A stretch of 64,000 bases of DNA. Origin: Bdellovibrionota bacterium. Lineage in GTDB: Bacteria; Bdellovibrionota_C; UBA2361; CALJRW01. Under the pieces are notes generated by a model, which worked only from the letters and a program-made list of their open reading frames with translations, was not told the DNA's origin and made no database searches. Positions 30,158-40,585 of this stretch are shown in pieces; positions within the stretch are counted from its first letter, which is position 1; every line of letters begins with the position of its first letter. A program made the position numbers and the translations under genes. The DNA lies in NCBI GenBank assembly GCA_041740355.1, contig JBGSMD010000009.1:66864-130863 (forward strand), written 5' to 3'.

Positions 30158-30607
30158 TTATTTAGTGCTGAGAGTTTTGCACATTTCCCAATGTGGGATT
30201 GAAACTTCCAAAAAGCATTCCCCATGTTTCGTATAACCTAGTAATTGATAAAACTTAAGTGCTGTATCTCTGGCATGAAGAATCATTTGGGTATACTCAC
30301 GTTCTTCAGCAAACTGTTCTGAGTATTTAACTAAGGCTCGACCAATTCCTTTTCCCTGCAAAGTACTCACTACAGCTACTTGTCGCATTTGGATTTGAGT
30401 ACTTGTAAGCGGACGTAAAACCAAACAACCTAATAACTTATTTTCTAAATAACATCCCAAATGAAAAGAATTCGATTCATTAGATAATTCTTCACTAGAA
30501 AAATTAAGTCCAAGCGGTTGGCGTAAAATGGTATCACGCAATTGAACAGTTAACTGATAGGCCTCTGATCCATAAGGAATTATCTGAAATGAATACTGTT
30601 CGGTCAT
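30158..30607 (-). CDS. GNAT family N-acetyltransferase
   Basis: 149 aa. Acetyl-CoA binding motif (LQGKGIGRALV). Confidence 0.65.
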   Translation of the reverse strand: MTEQYSFQIIPYGSEAYQLTVQLRDTILRQPLGLNFSSEELSNESNSFHLGCYLENKLLGCLVLRPLTSTQIQMRQVAVVSTLQGKGIGRALVKYSEQFAEEREYTQMILHARDTALKFYQLLGYTKHGECFLEVSIPHWEMCKTLSTK

Positions 30608-30631
30608 TGAAATTCATTAAGTGATATCTTA

Positions 30632-31930
30632 CTAAGATAATTCTAATATCTTTCTTAACAGCTCACTATTGTGCGAATGCCCAGTCATGTTAGCTGTAAT
30701 CTTACCCACGATAGGTCGACCAAGAAGATAAATATCTCCGATCATATCTAGAATTTTATGTCGCACGGGCTCATCAGGGAAACGAAGCTCCGAGTTGATC
30801 ACGCCATCTTCGCCAATCAACACAAAATTATTAAATCTTCCACCCTGCGCTAACCCTTGTTTCTGAAGATAATCAATATCTTTAACAAAGCCAAAAGTTC
30901 GACAGCTAGCAATTTCCCTTTGATAACTTTCAAAGTTATCCATTTTAAAAATATAATGTTGCTCCCCAATTGGTTGTTGATAATTGAGCGTGTAGTCAAT
31001 AATTAATTCTTCTGCTGGCTCTAATCGTATAAAAGCGTCCCCTTTTCGCACTTCTATAGTTTGAGTGACCATTAATTCGGCAATACTTGCTGACTGTTCT
31101 TTAATGCCTACTTCTTGAAACATTTTACAGAATTCAATTGCGGAGCCATCCATAACTGGAACTTCCTCATTACACTTAATTAATAAGTTAGTAATTCCGG
31201 CTGCGTGGAGTGCCGACATTAAATGCTCAATAGTTGACACTTGAGAGTCGGCATTTTTAATTGTCGTAGCGTATCCAGTAGTGCTGACATAGTTAACGTG
31301 CGCCGGAACAGCCTGCTTACTCCCAGGTCCAGCAAAGTGAATGCCTGAATTTTCTGGTAGTGGTTCCAAAATTAAACCTGATTTGCGACCACTGTGAACT
31401 CCCACTCCATAAAGAATGCTACTGCCTGCTAAAGTTTTCTGAACTCTTTCTTTGCCAACAAAAAAATCATTTTTAAAAACATCACTTGTAATTTGGCAAG
31501 TTTGCAAAGATAGGCTTTCAATTTCAGGAAGATGAACTGAAGAATTACTCTTACTTGTCAAAGCTTTATTAACAACTTGTTGAATAACTAGTAAGTCTAG
31601 GGGCTTTTCAATAAAATCAATGGCTCCTAACTGCGTCGCTTTTACTGCTGTGGAAATAGTAGCGTGGCCACTAATCATTACCACTGGCAAAAGACTATCA
31701 AGGCTACGAATCTTTTCTAAAGTCTCCATTCCATCCATCCCTGGCAACCAAATATCCAAGAATACTAGTGCCGGAGATTTTTCTTTAATAATTTCAAGCG
31801 CCTGATTGCCATTACTGGCATGACAACAAATCATGCCAAGATCTTCTAGGACATGACTTAAAGTCTCACAAATACTTTTCTCGTCATCGACAATTAAAGC
31901 TAAATTATTGTTGTTCATAGTAAATTTCAA
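30632..31930 (-). CDS. lpxC: response-regulator receiver domain fused to UDP-3-O-acyl-N-acetylglucosamine deacetylase (REC-LpxC)
   Basis: Residues 1-~125 form an NtrC-like receiver: LIVDDE, phospho-acceptor FLDIWLPGMDG, VVMISGH and FIEKP. Residues ~150-432 are collinear with LpxC: GVGVHSGRKS, TTIKN, TIEHLMSAL (catalytic Glu-His), EVPVMDGSA, HKILDMIGD (Zn ligands His/Asp) and TGHSHN. Confidence 0.85.
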   Translation of the reverse strand: MKFTMNNNNLALIVDDEKSICETLSHVLEDLGMICCHASNGNQALEIIKEKSPALVFLDIWLPGMDGMETLEKIRSLDSLLPVVMISGHATISTAVKATQLGAIDFIEKPLDLLVIQQVVNKALTSKSNSSVHLPEIESLSLQTCQITSDVFKNDFFVGKERVQKTLAGSSILYGVGVHSGRKSGLILEPLPENSGIHFAGPGSKQAVPAHVNYVSTTGYATTIKNADSQVSTIEHLMSALHAAGITNLLIKCNEEVPVMDGSAIEFCKMFQEVGIKEQSASIAELMVTQTIEVRKGDAFIRLEPAEELIIDYTLNYQQPIGEQHYIFKMDNFESYQREIASCRTFGFVKDIDYLQKQGLAQGGRFNNFVLIGEDGVINSELRFPDEPVRHKILDMIGDIYLLGRPIVGKITANMTGHSHNSELLRKILELS

Positions 31931-32085
31931 AAATTACTTTATTAATATAGTAATTTACGGCGAGTGTGAATATTAGAGCCTTGTCCTCCGAAGCCTTTGC
32001 CTAGGAGTGGATGCAATTTCACACCGCAGTATCAAAATAAAAAGTTATTCATTAAAACTTTAATAAGTACAAATCACTAAGTGAA

Positions 32086-33408
32086 TTACTTCAGGTCACC
32101 AGTAAACACGCGAATAGTTTCTGCCGTGTTAGAAAAAAGTGTCGCCTCACGTCCGGGCCCAACACTAACTAAAGAAACCGGACAAGCAATAATCTCACTA
32201 ACTGTTGCCAAGTAAAGTTTTACCGAGGCTGGTAGCTGATGCCATTTAGTAATTTTCGAAATATCTTCTTCCCAACCTGTGAGTTCAATATATTCAGGTG
32301 TTACTAATGCTAGATCAGCTGCGAGGGATGGAACATCATCTAATTTATGCCCATCTAAATGATAATTAATACAAACTTTAATTTTTTCCATTCCTGAAAG
32401 CACATCAAGCTTTGTCATGGCCAGAGTTTCAATTCCATTTAAACGAACAGCTCGCTTTAAAGCAAATGTATCTAACCAACCACATCGTCTTGGACGTCCA
32501 GTAACTGTTCCAAACTCATGTCCTTTTTGGCGAAGATCTTCACCAGCCTGACCGTGTAGTTCGGTCGGAAATGGACCTTCCCCTACACGCGTAGAATAGG
32601 CTTTCACTACTCCGAGGATAGTATCAATTGCTTTTGGTCCAACTCCACAACCTATTGTTACAGCACCGGCAATAGTATTAGAAGAAGTAACGTATGGCAC
32701 TGTGCCGTGAATTTGATCAAGTAAAGTTCCTTGTGCCCCTTCAAAGACGATTTTTTGTTGATTTTTAATGGCATGATCTAAAATTAAACTTACGTTCCCA
32801 ATGAATGGGCAAAGTTCTTTTGCTGCTAACTCAATATCGCTCCAAATTTTTTCAAAACTAATTTCTTCAGGGTAGTCTAAAACGTGTTTCAATGTTTTGT
32901 TAATCTTGATAACTTTTTCTTTAATTCGGGGTTTTAAATCATTTAACTTAAACAATTCAGCTAAACGAACACCGGAACGATCTACACGATCTTCATAGCA
33001 AGGACCAATCCCTTTGCCTGTAGTTCCAATTTTTTGATCTCCACGACTAATCTCGCGAGCCAAATCTAGTACTCGATGGTAGTCAAGGATTAAATGTGAA
33101 TCACGATCAAGTACCAATCTCTCAGGATTAATTTTGTAACCTGCAGCTTGCAGTCCAGTAACTTCCCAGGTAAAGATTTTTGGATCTACAACGCACCCAG
33201 CTCCAATCAAGCAACAACAGTTGTCTCGCAAAATACCCGATGGGATTAAATTTAATTTGGTTGTCTTTCCTTCCACGACAATAGTGTGTCCGGCATTATT
33301 TCCACCATGAAAACGAACTACGAAATCGGCCGCCGAAGTTAAGTAATCAACAAGTTTACCTTTACCTTCATCACCCCACTGACATCCAACAACAACTAGT
33401 GAAGACAT
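32086..33408 (-). CDS. purA: adenylosuccinate synthetase
   Basis: The N-terminus reads VVVGCQWGDEGKGK. Length 440 aa. Confidence 0.95.
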   Translation of the reverse strand: MSSLVVVGCQWGDEGKGKLVDYLTSAADFVVRFHGGNNAGHTIVVEGKTTKLNLIPSGILRDNCCCLIGAGCVVDPKIFTWEVTGLQAAGYKINPERLVLDRDSHLILDYHRVLDLAREISRGDQKIGTTGKGIGPCYEDRVDRSGVRLAELFKLNDLKPRIKEKVIKINKTLKHVLDYPEEISFEKIWSDIELAAKELCPFIGNVSLILDHAIKNQQKIVFEGAQGTLLDQIHGTVPYVTSSNTIAGAVTIGCGVGPKAIDTILGVVKAYSTRVGEGPFPTELHGQAGEDLRQKGHEFGTVTGRPRRCGWLDTFALKRAVRLNGIETLAMTKLDVLSGMEKIKVCINYHLDGHKLDDVPSLAADLALVTPEYIELTGWEEDISKITKWHQLPASVKLYLATVSEIIACPVSLVSVGPGREATLFSNTAETIRVFTGDLK

Positions 33409-33620
33409 TAATCTTTACCAAAAAATAAAATAAATTATACGAGCTCTATTATTATAGAGAACTACTTCAAACGTTTAGATTTTGAGTAGAGGTCGAATTA
33501 AAACTTTTGGTAAAAACGCAGGTATACAATATATAGCAGCGTGTCCTCCAAAGCTTATGCGATGGAGGAAGTATTTTACCAAGATTTTTCTTTCGAGATC
33601 TGCCAAAAGCTAAGCATATA

Positions 33621-34505
33621 CTATGCCTTTGCGCGAAATGCGAACTGCCAATTAATATCATCATTCACAATTAAACCCAACGGTTCACCATTAAATTGAT
33701 AAATAATCGGCTGATCTGTAGATTCTAAATCCTTAGTAAATTCAACTAAAGCCTGGGGCAAACCATTATGCAACTTTTGCGCTAATTCCTGACTTACCTC
33801 CATGAAAATAGCATCGGAAAATAGCAAAGTCCAAGGAAAAATATCTGTTAATTGCAGCTCTTCGATTGTCTTGGCGTCCTTAATTAAAAATGGCAAAGAA
33901 GCCTCTCTGCGAAGACTGGCAATTGTACCATAACAACCTAATGCTTCGCCTAGCTCCCGAGCAATCGAGCGAATATAAGTTCCTACTGTTGATTTAATCT
34001 CAAATTGCAAAAGATTATCAGCAATTAATTCATACTTAAAACTTTTAATATCAATTTGACGTGCTTTAAGTTCTACCGTCTTTCCTTCCCTGGCTAATTT
34101 ATACGCTCTTTTTCCATCAACTTTTAGAGCACTATAGGTTGGAGGCATTTGTGAAATCTTTCCAGTAAATTTTTTATTAATAACAGTTGCAATTTGATCC
34201 AAATTTGGTCGATTTGTACTTTCTAGAATAACTTCACCTTCTAAATCATCAGTGGTAGTTTGAATTCCAAACTGAATTGTACCTGAATAAATTTTATCGT
34301 TTTTTTCAACATAGGAAGCAAGTCTAGTTGCACGTCCGGTAAGACAAACAAGTAGCCCGGTAGCTAAAGGGTCAAGTGTCCCACAATGACCAATTTTATC
34401 TAATGATAATTTTCGTTTAAGTTCAAGGATTGCTTTTTGTGAGGTAATCTTTAGTTTCTTATCTAATAAAAAAACTCCTGCCGCTGGCGTTCCGACTATA
34501 GACAT
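33621..34505 (-). CDS. truB: tRNA pseudouridine(55) synthase
   Basis: HCGTLDPLATGLLV motif with the catalytic Asp. Confidence 0.9.
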   Translation of the reverse strand: MSIVGTPAAGVFLLDKKLKITSQKAILELKRKLSLDKIGHCGTLDPLATGLLVCLTGRATRLASYVEKNDKIYSGTIQFGIQTTTDDLEGEVILESTNRPNLDQIATVINKKFTGKISQMPPTYSALKVDGKRAYKLAREGKTVELKARQIDIKSFKYELIADNLLQFEIKSTVGTYIRSIARELGEALGCYGTIASLRREASLPFLIKDAKTIEELQLTDIFPWTLLFSDAIFMEVSQELAQKLHNGLPQALVEFTKDLESTDQPIIYQFNGEPLGLIVNDDINWQFAFRAKA

Positions 34506-35512
34506 TTTTTTGCTCGCAACTCAGCTTCCACTCCGGCAATTAATCCAGCAACAAATTCTGGTAAATCTTTTTTCCACTTTATACCTGAGGCTTGAGCATG
34601 CCCACCTCCACCCAGAGGTTTAGAAATTTGATTCACATCGATCGGATCGATCGATCTTAAACTTGCTTTCCATACTCCTTGGTCTTCGCGAATCGTAGCC
34701 GAAACCTTTACTCCATTAATATTACGATAAAGATCCTTAACATGATGTAGCTCATCATAATTAACATTTAATTCTTCCATCCATTTTTCAGGAATCACTA
34801 AGTAGGCAAATTGATCATTAAATAACAGATTAACATTTTCGATCATCCGTGATTGTAATTTAAGAATTGCTAAAGATTTTTCTTGAAAAAGTTTCTGGCT
34901 AATTCCTTGTAAATCTGCCCCTGCTTTAACTAATTCTGCTACGGTCAGAAATGTTTCCGAGCCAACGCCTTTGTATTGGAGAGAGCCGGTATCAGAATAT
35001 ATCCCGGCAAGTAATAAATTTGCTATTGGTAAATCGATCTCAATTTCCAATGCTTGGATTAATTTAAAGACCATCTCGGAGCAAGAAGATACTTCTTGAA
35101 CTAAGTTTGTAAGACCAAAAAATTCATTAGAGACATGGTGATCAATATTTAAGTCCACACCACGAATACTTAGAGCCTCGCAATAGTTTTTGCCCAGGCG
35201 CGCCAGTCCCGAGGAATCAGTTGTGATCACAAAAACTTCAGTGAGATCTGGTAAATCTGTTTTTATTGTATCAATAAATGGTAAGAATCTTAAGTCTTCA
35301 ATAATTCCGGTAGCATTCAATGTGACGACGTTTTTATTTAATTTACTTAGTGCTGCAGCTAAGGCTAGGCTCGAACCGTAAGCATCCGGGTCTGGACTTT
35401 CATGGCTGATCACCACAAAGTTTTTTGCAGCAAGGATTAGCTTAGCTGCATCTTGATAAGAACTACTCGTTGTCCTGCTCGTCATGATTCCTTTCTTTAT
35501 CTTTGTCAGCAA
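34496..35512 (-). CDS. nrnA: DHH-family phosphoesterase (NrnA-like oligoribonuclease/pAp phosphatase)
   Basis: Motifs HESPDPDAYGS and NIDHH, plus a DHHA1-like C-terminus (GGGHAQASG). The 5' end overlaps rbfA by ~50 bp, so the true start is probably internal. Confidence 0.75.
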   Translation of the reverse strand: MLTKIKKGIMTSRTTSSSYQDAAKLILAAKNFVVISHESPDPDAYGSSLALAAALSKLNKNVVTLNATGIIEDLRFLPFIDTIKTDLPDLTEVFVITTDSSGLARLGKNYCEALSIRGVDLNIDHHVSNEFFGLTNLVQEVSSCSEMVFKLIQALEIEIDLPIANLLLAGIYSDTGSLQYKGVGSETFLTVAELVKAGADLQGISQKLFQEKSLAILKLQSRMIENVNLLFNDQFAYLVIPEKWMEELNVNYDELHHVKDLYRNINGVKVSATIREDQGVWKASLRSIDPIDVNQISKPLGGGGHAQASGIKWKKDLPEFVAGLIAGVEAELRAKKCL

Positions 35513-35840
35513 CCTTATTCATTAGTTGATCTACTTCTGACATCGTTTCCAAAGTATTATCATGAAAGAATCTTAGATTTGGGACAACTCTTAAAGATAA
35601 TTTCTTCCCAAGGGAATTTCGTAGTCGTCCTTTCGCTGCGACTAAGCCTTCAGCAACTTCTTGGTGACGATTATCCCCAAAAACGCTCCAATAGATATTT
35701 GCTTCGCGTAGGTCAGAGCTTATTGTGGCTGCTGTTAATGAAACCATTTTGAGACGAGGATCTACCGAACCGATAATCTCCATTGCTAGGATTTCTCTAA
35801 TTTGTTCGGCGACCCGATATGCTCTGGGAGTTTTTGTCAT
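35463..35840 (-). CDS. rbfA: ribosome-binding factor A
   Basis: 125 aa, collinear with RbfA (RVAEQIREIL...VSLTAATISSDLREANIY). Confidence 0.9.
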   Translation of the reverse strand: MTKTPRAYRVAEQIREILAMEIIGSVDPRLKMVSLTAATISSDLREANIYWSVFGDNRHQEVAEGLVAAKGRLRNSLGKKLSLRVVPNLRFFHDNTLETMSEVDQLMNKVADKDKERNHDEQDNE

Positions 35841-35846
35841 ATTACC

Positions 35847-38504
35847 TTATGCTAATGTTCTCTGAACTTCTTTAACTCGGTAAACTTCAATCACATCCCC
35901 TACCTTGATATCATTATAACCTTCGATGGCCATACCACATTCATAACCTGAATTAACTTCTTTCACGTCATCTTTAAAACGACGAAGCGTCTTCATGTTT
36001 CCTTCATAAATTACAATACTATCACGAAGTAAACGGACTCGAGCACCTCTCTCCACTTTACCATCAGTTACATAACAACCAGCAATAACACCAGCTTTTG
36101 GAACAGAGAAAGTATCACGAACTTCGGCACGAGCTAAACTAACTTCTTGTTTCTCAGGAGATAATAAGCCGGACATTGCTTTTTTAACATCATCAATTAG
36201 CTCATAAATTACTCGATAGAAACGTACTTCAATTCCTTGACTCTCCGCTTGTTGCATCGCTCTTGGTTCACCACGAACATTGAAACCAACAATGATTGTT
36301 TTAGAAGCAAGTGCTAGCTGAATATCAGATTCACTAACTCCACCTACTGCTGAGTGTAAGATTTTAACTTTAACTTCTTCTGTTGATAAGCTTTCTAATG
36401 ATTGACGAACAGCTTCTAACGAACCATGTACGTCAGCTTTGACAATAACTCGTAGTTCTTCAAAAGCAGCACTGGCAGCTTGTCTAGTGAACTCTTCAAG
36501 GCTGATTGGACCACCAGCTAATTCTAAGTGTAATTTGTCGCGTTGTTTAATAGCACGAAAATTTGCAACTTCTTTAGCTTTCATTTCTGATTCCATTACG
36601 ATGAAATCGTCACCGGCAGCTGGAGTTTCATTAAATCCAGTAATCTCTACAGGAGTCGAAGGAATCGCAGTCTTAATTGGCTTACGAGCATGATCCATCA
36701 TTGACCGAACACGACCTGTGCCAGCGCCTACTAAAAAGAAATCTCCTGTTGTAAGAGTTCCAGCTTGAATCAGAACGGTTGCAACCGTTCCCCGCCCTTG
36801 TTCTTGTTTAACCTCAATAACGGTTCCTTTAACACGACATTCTGGATTAGCTTTTAATTCCTGAACCTCAGCGACAAGCATGATGCTTTCTAACAATTCA
36901 TCCATCCCTGTTCCAACTTTTGCAGAAACTGGCATAAACATTGTGTCTCCACCCCAATCTTCCGGCTGTAGTCCACGCTCTGCTAACTGAGTTTTAATTT
37001 TTTCCGGATTAGCTTCGGGCTTATCCATTTTATTCATCGCTACGATGATCGGAACGCCGGCTGCTTTGGCGTGATTAAGTGCTTCCAGCGTTTGAGGCAT
37101 TACACCATCATCAGCAGCGACAACTAAAATCACTATATCTGTTAAGTTTGCACCACGTGAGCGCATTTCTGTAAACGCCGCGTGACCTGGTGTATCAATA
37201 AATGTAACTATTTTCTTACTTGGAGTTGTAACCTGATAAGCACCGATATGTTGAGTGATACCACCATGCTCTTTCGCAACTACAGCAGATTTTCTTAAGT
37301 AATCTAGAAGTGAAGTTTTACCATGATCAACGTGACCCATAACAGTTACAACCGGTGAACGAGGTACTTGTTTTTCAGGATCATCAATTCCTTCAATTTT
37401 AATTAAATCTGATTCATCAAATCCCGAGAACTCTAAAGAGAAATCAAATTCAGATGCAACAATTGTGGCCGTGTCTTGATCGATCGGCTGATTGATAGTT
37501 GCCATCACACCAAGTTCCATTAACTTACCAATGACCTGACCAGTCTTAAGACTCATCTGACCAGCAAGATCCCCTACTGTGATATATTCACCTGGCATAC
37601 GAATTACACGTTTCGAAGCCTTCGTCGCATTTGCAATTACATTATTGCTATCAGAGTTAGAATCATGTCGATCATCACGAGAATTTCTAGCTTTACGACG
37701 CTTCGTTTCGTAGTCTAATAATTGACCTCGAGAGAATTCTACAACTTTTGATTTCTTATTGGCACCCCCGCGACGTTTGTCAGATTCGTCACTATCTGGA
37801 ATGTTTGTAAAATCTACAATTTTGAAACCACCAATTTTCTTGGCGGCTGTACCACCTCGGCGGTTATCCTTGGTCTCCTTTGCATCTCTTTCAGTTTTAA
37901 CAACCTTAGAGACAAGTTCCATTTTACCTAAAACTTTTGGACCACTTGCTGGCTGATGAGCACGAGCCACTGAAAAATCAATTGTGGAAAGCTGTTCAAT
38001 TTCTTCTACTTGCGGAACAACTTGTTGTTCTTCAAATACTTCATCTGCTTCTTCCTCGATTGCATCTTGAGTCACAACTAGCTCAGGCTTAACAAATAAA
38101 TCATTTGCTTCTGCAATTCGATCCACAGGAAGATTTACTATTGCTTCAGAAGCCACATTTAAATCAATTTGTGGCTCACTTGCTATTTCATCTTGTTCTA
38201 CAACAGCAGTGCGACGACGGCGAATAATGTTCCCCTGACGTCTTTCAATTAGAGCGCTTCGCTCACCTGTTTCCGAATCAACATTTACATGGACAGTTTT
38301 TTCAGCAGTGGAATTATCCACGGCATCAGCTCCATCAAGGCCTCCTCGTAAAAATGATCTTCGAATTTGTGTTGTTTCTTCATCGGACAAAGAATTGGAA
38401 TGAGACTTAATCCCAGGGATACCCAATTGTTGAGCACGAACGACGACACTTTTATTGTCGAGGCCCAGTTCTTTTGCTAATTCGTAAATTCTAATCTTGC
38501 TCAT
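35847..38504 (-). CDS. infB: translation initiation factor IF-2
   Basis: 885 aa. G-domain GHVDHGKTSLLD, DTPGH and NKMD motifs. C-terminal IF2 domains. Confidence 0.95.
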   Translation of the reverse strand: MSKIRIYELAKELGLDNKSVVVRAQQLGIPGIKSHSNSLSDEETTQIRRSFLRGGLDGADAVDNSTAEKTVHVNVDSETGERSALIERRQGNIIRRRRTAVVEQDEIASEPQIDLNVASEAIVNLPVDRIAEANDLFVKPELVVTQDAIEEEADEVFEEQQVVPQVEEIEQLSTIDFSVARAHQPASGPKVLGKMELVSKVVKTERDAKETKDNRRGGTAAKKIGGFKIVDFTNIPDSDESDKRRGGANKKSKVVEFSRGQLLDYETKRRKARNSRDDRHDSNSDSNNVIANATKASKRVIRMPGEYITVGDLAGQMSLKTGQVIGKLMELGVMATINQPIDQDTATIVASEFDFSLEFSGFDESDLIKIEGIDDPEKQVPRSPVVTVMGHVDHGKTSLLDYLRKSAVVAKEHGGITQHIGAYQVTTPSKKIVTFIDTPGHAAFTEMRSRGANLTDIVILVVAADDGVMPQTLEALNHAKAAGVPIIVAMNKMDKPEANPEKIKTQLAERGLQPEDWGGDTMFMPVSAKVGTGMDELLESIMLVAEVQELKANPECRVKGTVIEVKQEQGRGTVATVLIQAGTLTTGDFFLVGAGTGRVRSMMDHARKPIKTAIPSTPVEITGFNETPAAGDDFIVMESEMKAKEVANFRAIKQRDKLHLELAGGPISLEEFTRQAASAAFEELRVIVKADVHGSLEAVRQSLESLSTEEVKVKILHSAVGGVSESDIQLALASKTIIVGFNVRGEPRAMQQAESQGIEVRFYRVIYELIDDVKKAMSGLLSPEKQEVSLARAEVRDTFSVPKAGVIAGCYVTDGKVERGARVRLLRDSIVIYEGNMKTLRRFKDDVKEVNSGYECGMAIEGYNDIKVGDVIEVYRVKEVQRTLA

Positions 38505-38798
38505 TCGTGGTACATTCTAAAACGGGTAGTCGCTAAACGAAAATAATTCCAACTGGCAGAAGATCACTCATAATGATTTCTGAACTCCAAGGATTTTACT
38601 CACCGCTTTTCATTTTTGATAAAAAATGAAAATAAGGTGCGTGAGCAAAATCCTGTTACAAACAAGTTTTGCCGTAGAAAATAATATTAAACCCAACGCA
38701 AATTAGCGGTGAGTATAGGTTTTGCCTTCTACGGCATAATCCTGGCTATAGCTAAGATTATGCTCTCCCTCCGCAAATTTCATCGGCGGAAGGTTTAA

Positions 38799-39077
38799 TT
38801 ATTTATCCTGCAACTCTCCCAAAACATGGTCTAAAACTTTATTCAGATTAACATAATCAATTACCTGCTCTGAACTTAGTCTAAAAGCTCGTCGCCAAAT
38901 TTTCACCTGACGAGCTTGCTCAATAACTTCAACTTTTGCCTGCAAATAGGCACCCCTTCCCAGCAATTTATGCTGAGAATCCCAAACTACCGAATCCTGC
39001 ACCTTAACAAAACGCAGTAATGTTTGAGCTTCGTGTCTTGTTCGTCGAACTAAACACTGTCGTATCGGATTGCTCAC
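38799..39077 (-). CDS. ylxR: YlxR/DUF448 family protein (nusA-infB operon RNA-binding protein)
   Basis: 92 aa with R-rich N-terminus and a GRGAY motif. Conserved position between nusA and infB. Confidence 0.7.
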   Translation of the reverse strand: MSNPIRQCLVRRTRHEAQTLLRFVKVQDSVVWDSQHKLLGRGAYLQAKVEVIEQARQVKIWRRAFRLSSEQVIDYVNLNKVLDHVLGELQDK

Positions 39078-40585
39078 TAATTAGCTTCTTGTCTACTAGA
39101 GAAAAAGCTATTTACAGCAGTCTTCACAATCTCAATTTCTTCTTCCGTCAGTATAGATAATTCATTCAACACATTTTCATCAATTACGGCTAATTGCTGA
39201 ATGTTGCGAATGCCCGACTCTAATAATTTATTCTTTAAATCTGGTAACAAATATAAAGACTCTAAGTCGCTAGTGATTGAAGTGTCTTCAGCGGCCGGAG
39301 TTACTTCAACAAGGTCAGCAATTTCTTGCGCCCCTTTGATAGCACTCTCAGCACTTTCCGCATCAAAGCCATCTACTTCCATCAGCTCTTCCACTGATAG
39401 ATTAGCGATCTCGGAAACATTCCGGTAACCAGCCTGATACAATAACTCGGCATGAGTAAATTGGATATTTGGAATCGCTTCCAGCTGTTGTCTGCTACGC
39501 TTAGCTTCATCTTCCGCGACAGAAACACTGCGCACGTCAATCTGCCAGCCAGTAAGTTTACAGGCAAGCTTAACGTTTTGGCCACCACGACCAATTGCAT
39601 AAGAAAGCTGATCATCGGGGACAATTACCTGCATCGAGTGCTGATCTTCATTTAATAAAACACGACTAACTTCTGCTGGAGAAAGTGAACGGGCAACAAA
39701 TGATGGTGCATCACCCGACCATGGAATAATATCAATTTTCTCACCACGAAGTTCTTGCACGATAGCATGAACACGAGAACCTTTAATTCCAACGCAGGCA
39801 CCAACTGGATCTAAATTATGATCCGTGGAATAAACTGACATTTTAGCGCGAACACCTGGATCACGAGCAGCCCCTTTAATTTCGATTGTTCCCTCTTGTA
39901 TTTCTGGAACTTCCTCACGAAATAACTTAATTAAAAAATCTGGATGACTACGAGTTAAAATAATTTGTGGCCCACGGCGTGTTGGATCAACGTCCAAAAT
40001 CATACTGCGAACACGATCACCTTGGCGATACTTCTCACGAGGAATTTGCTCACGCTTAGGAACGATAGCCTCTGTTCTTCCCAGATTTACAATTAAATCA
40101 CCGCGATCATAACGTTGAACAATACCATTAACTAAATCGCCTTTGGCGTTTTTGAATTCTTCAAAAATTGCCCCACGTTCAGCATTACGAACTTTTTGTA
40201 CAATTACTTGCTTTGCTGTTTGCGCCGCAATACGTCCAAGAACTTCGGTATCAAGTTTCTTACCAAGTTCGTCCCCGACCATAGCATCTGGATCGTATTC
40301 TTTACGGGCATCAGCAACTGAAATTTGTGTTGAGGCATCCTCTACATTATCTACCACGATTTTAAACTGTAACAACTCAATGATACCAGTTTCCTCGTCG
40401 AACTGTGTTTCTAAATTTAGGTTGTGTCCATAGTGCTTACGAGCAGCAGACAACATTGCTGATTCGATAGCTTCAACTAGAACAGCTTTATCAATCCCTT
40501 TATCGCGACCGATTTGATTTAAGATAGCATTAAGATCAAATGACATAGTATTTACCAAAAACAATCTGTTAAAATTTAAAATCAA
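39077..40585 (-). CDS. nusA: transcription termination/antitermination factor NusA
   Basis: 502 aa. S1 and KH domains (GACVGIKGSRVHAIVQEL) and C-terminal AR repeats. Confidence 0.95.
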   Translation of the reverse strand: MILNFNRLFLVNTMSFDLNAILNQIGRDKGIDKAVLVEAIESAMLSAARKHYGHNLNLETQFDEETGIIELLQFKIVVDNVEDASTQISVADARKEYDPDAMVGDELGKKLDTEVLGRIAAQTAKQVIVQKVRNAERGAIFEEFKNAKGDLVNGIVQRYDRGDLIVNLGRTEAIVPKREQIPREKYRQGDRVRSMILDVDPTRRGPQIILTRSHPDFLIKLFREEVPEIQEGTIEIKGAARDPGVRAKMSVYSTDHNLDPVGACVGIKGSRVHAIVQELRGEKIDIIPWSGDAPSFVARSLSPAEVSRVLLNEDQHSMQVIVPDDQLSYAIGRGGQNVKLACKLTGWQIDVRSVSVAEDEAKRSRQQLEAIPNIQFTHAELLYQAGYRNVSEIANLSVEELMEVDGFDAESAESAIKGAQEIADLVEVTPAAEDTSITSDLESLYLLPDLKNKLLESGIRNIQQLAVIDENVLNELSILTEEEIEIVKTAVNSFFSSRQEAN

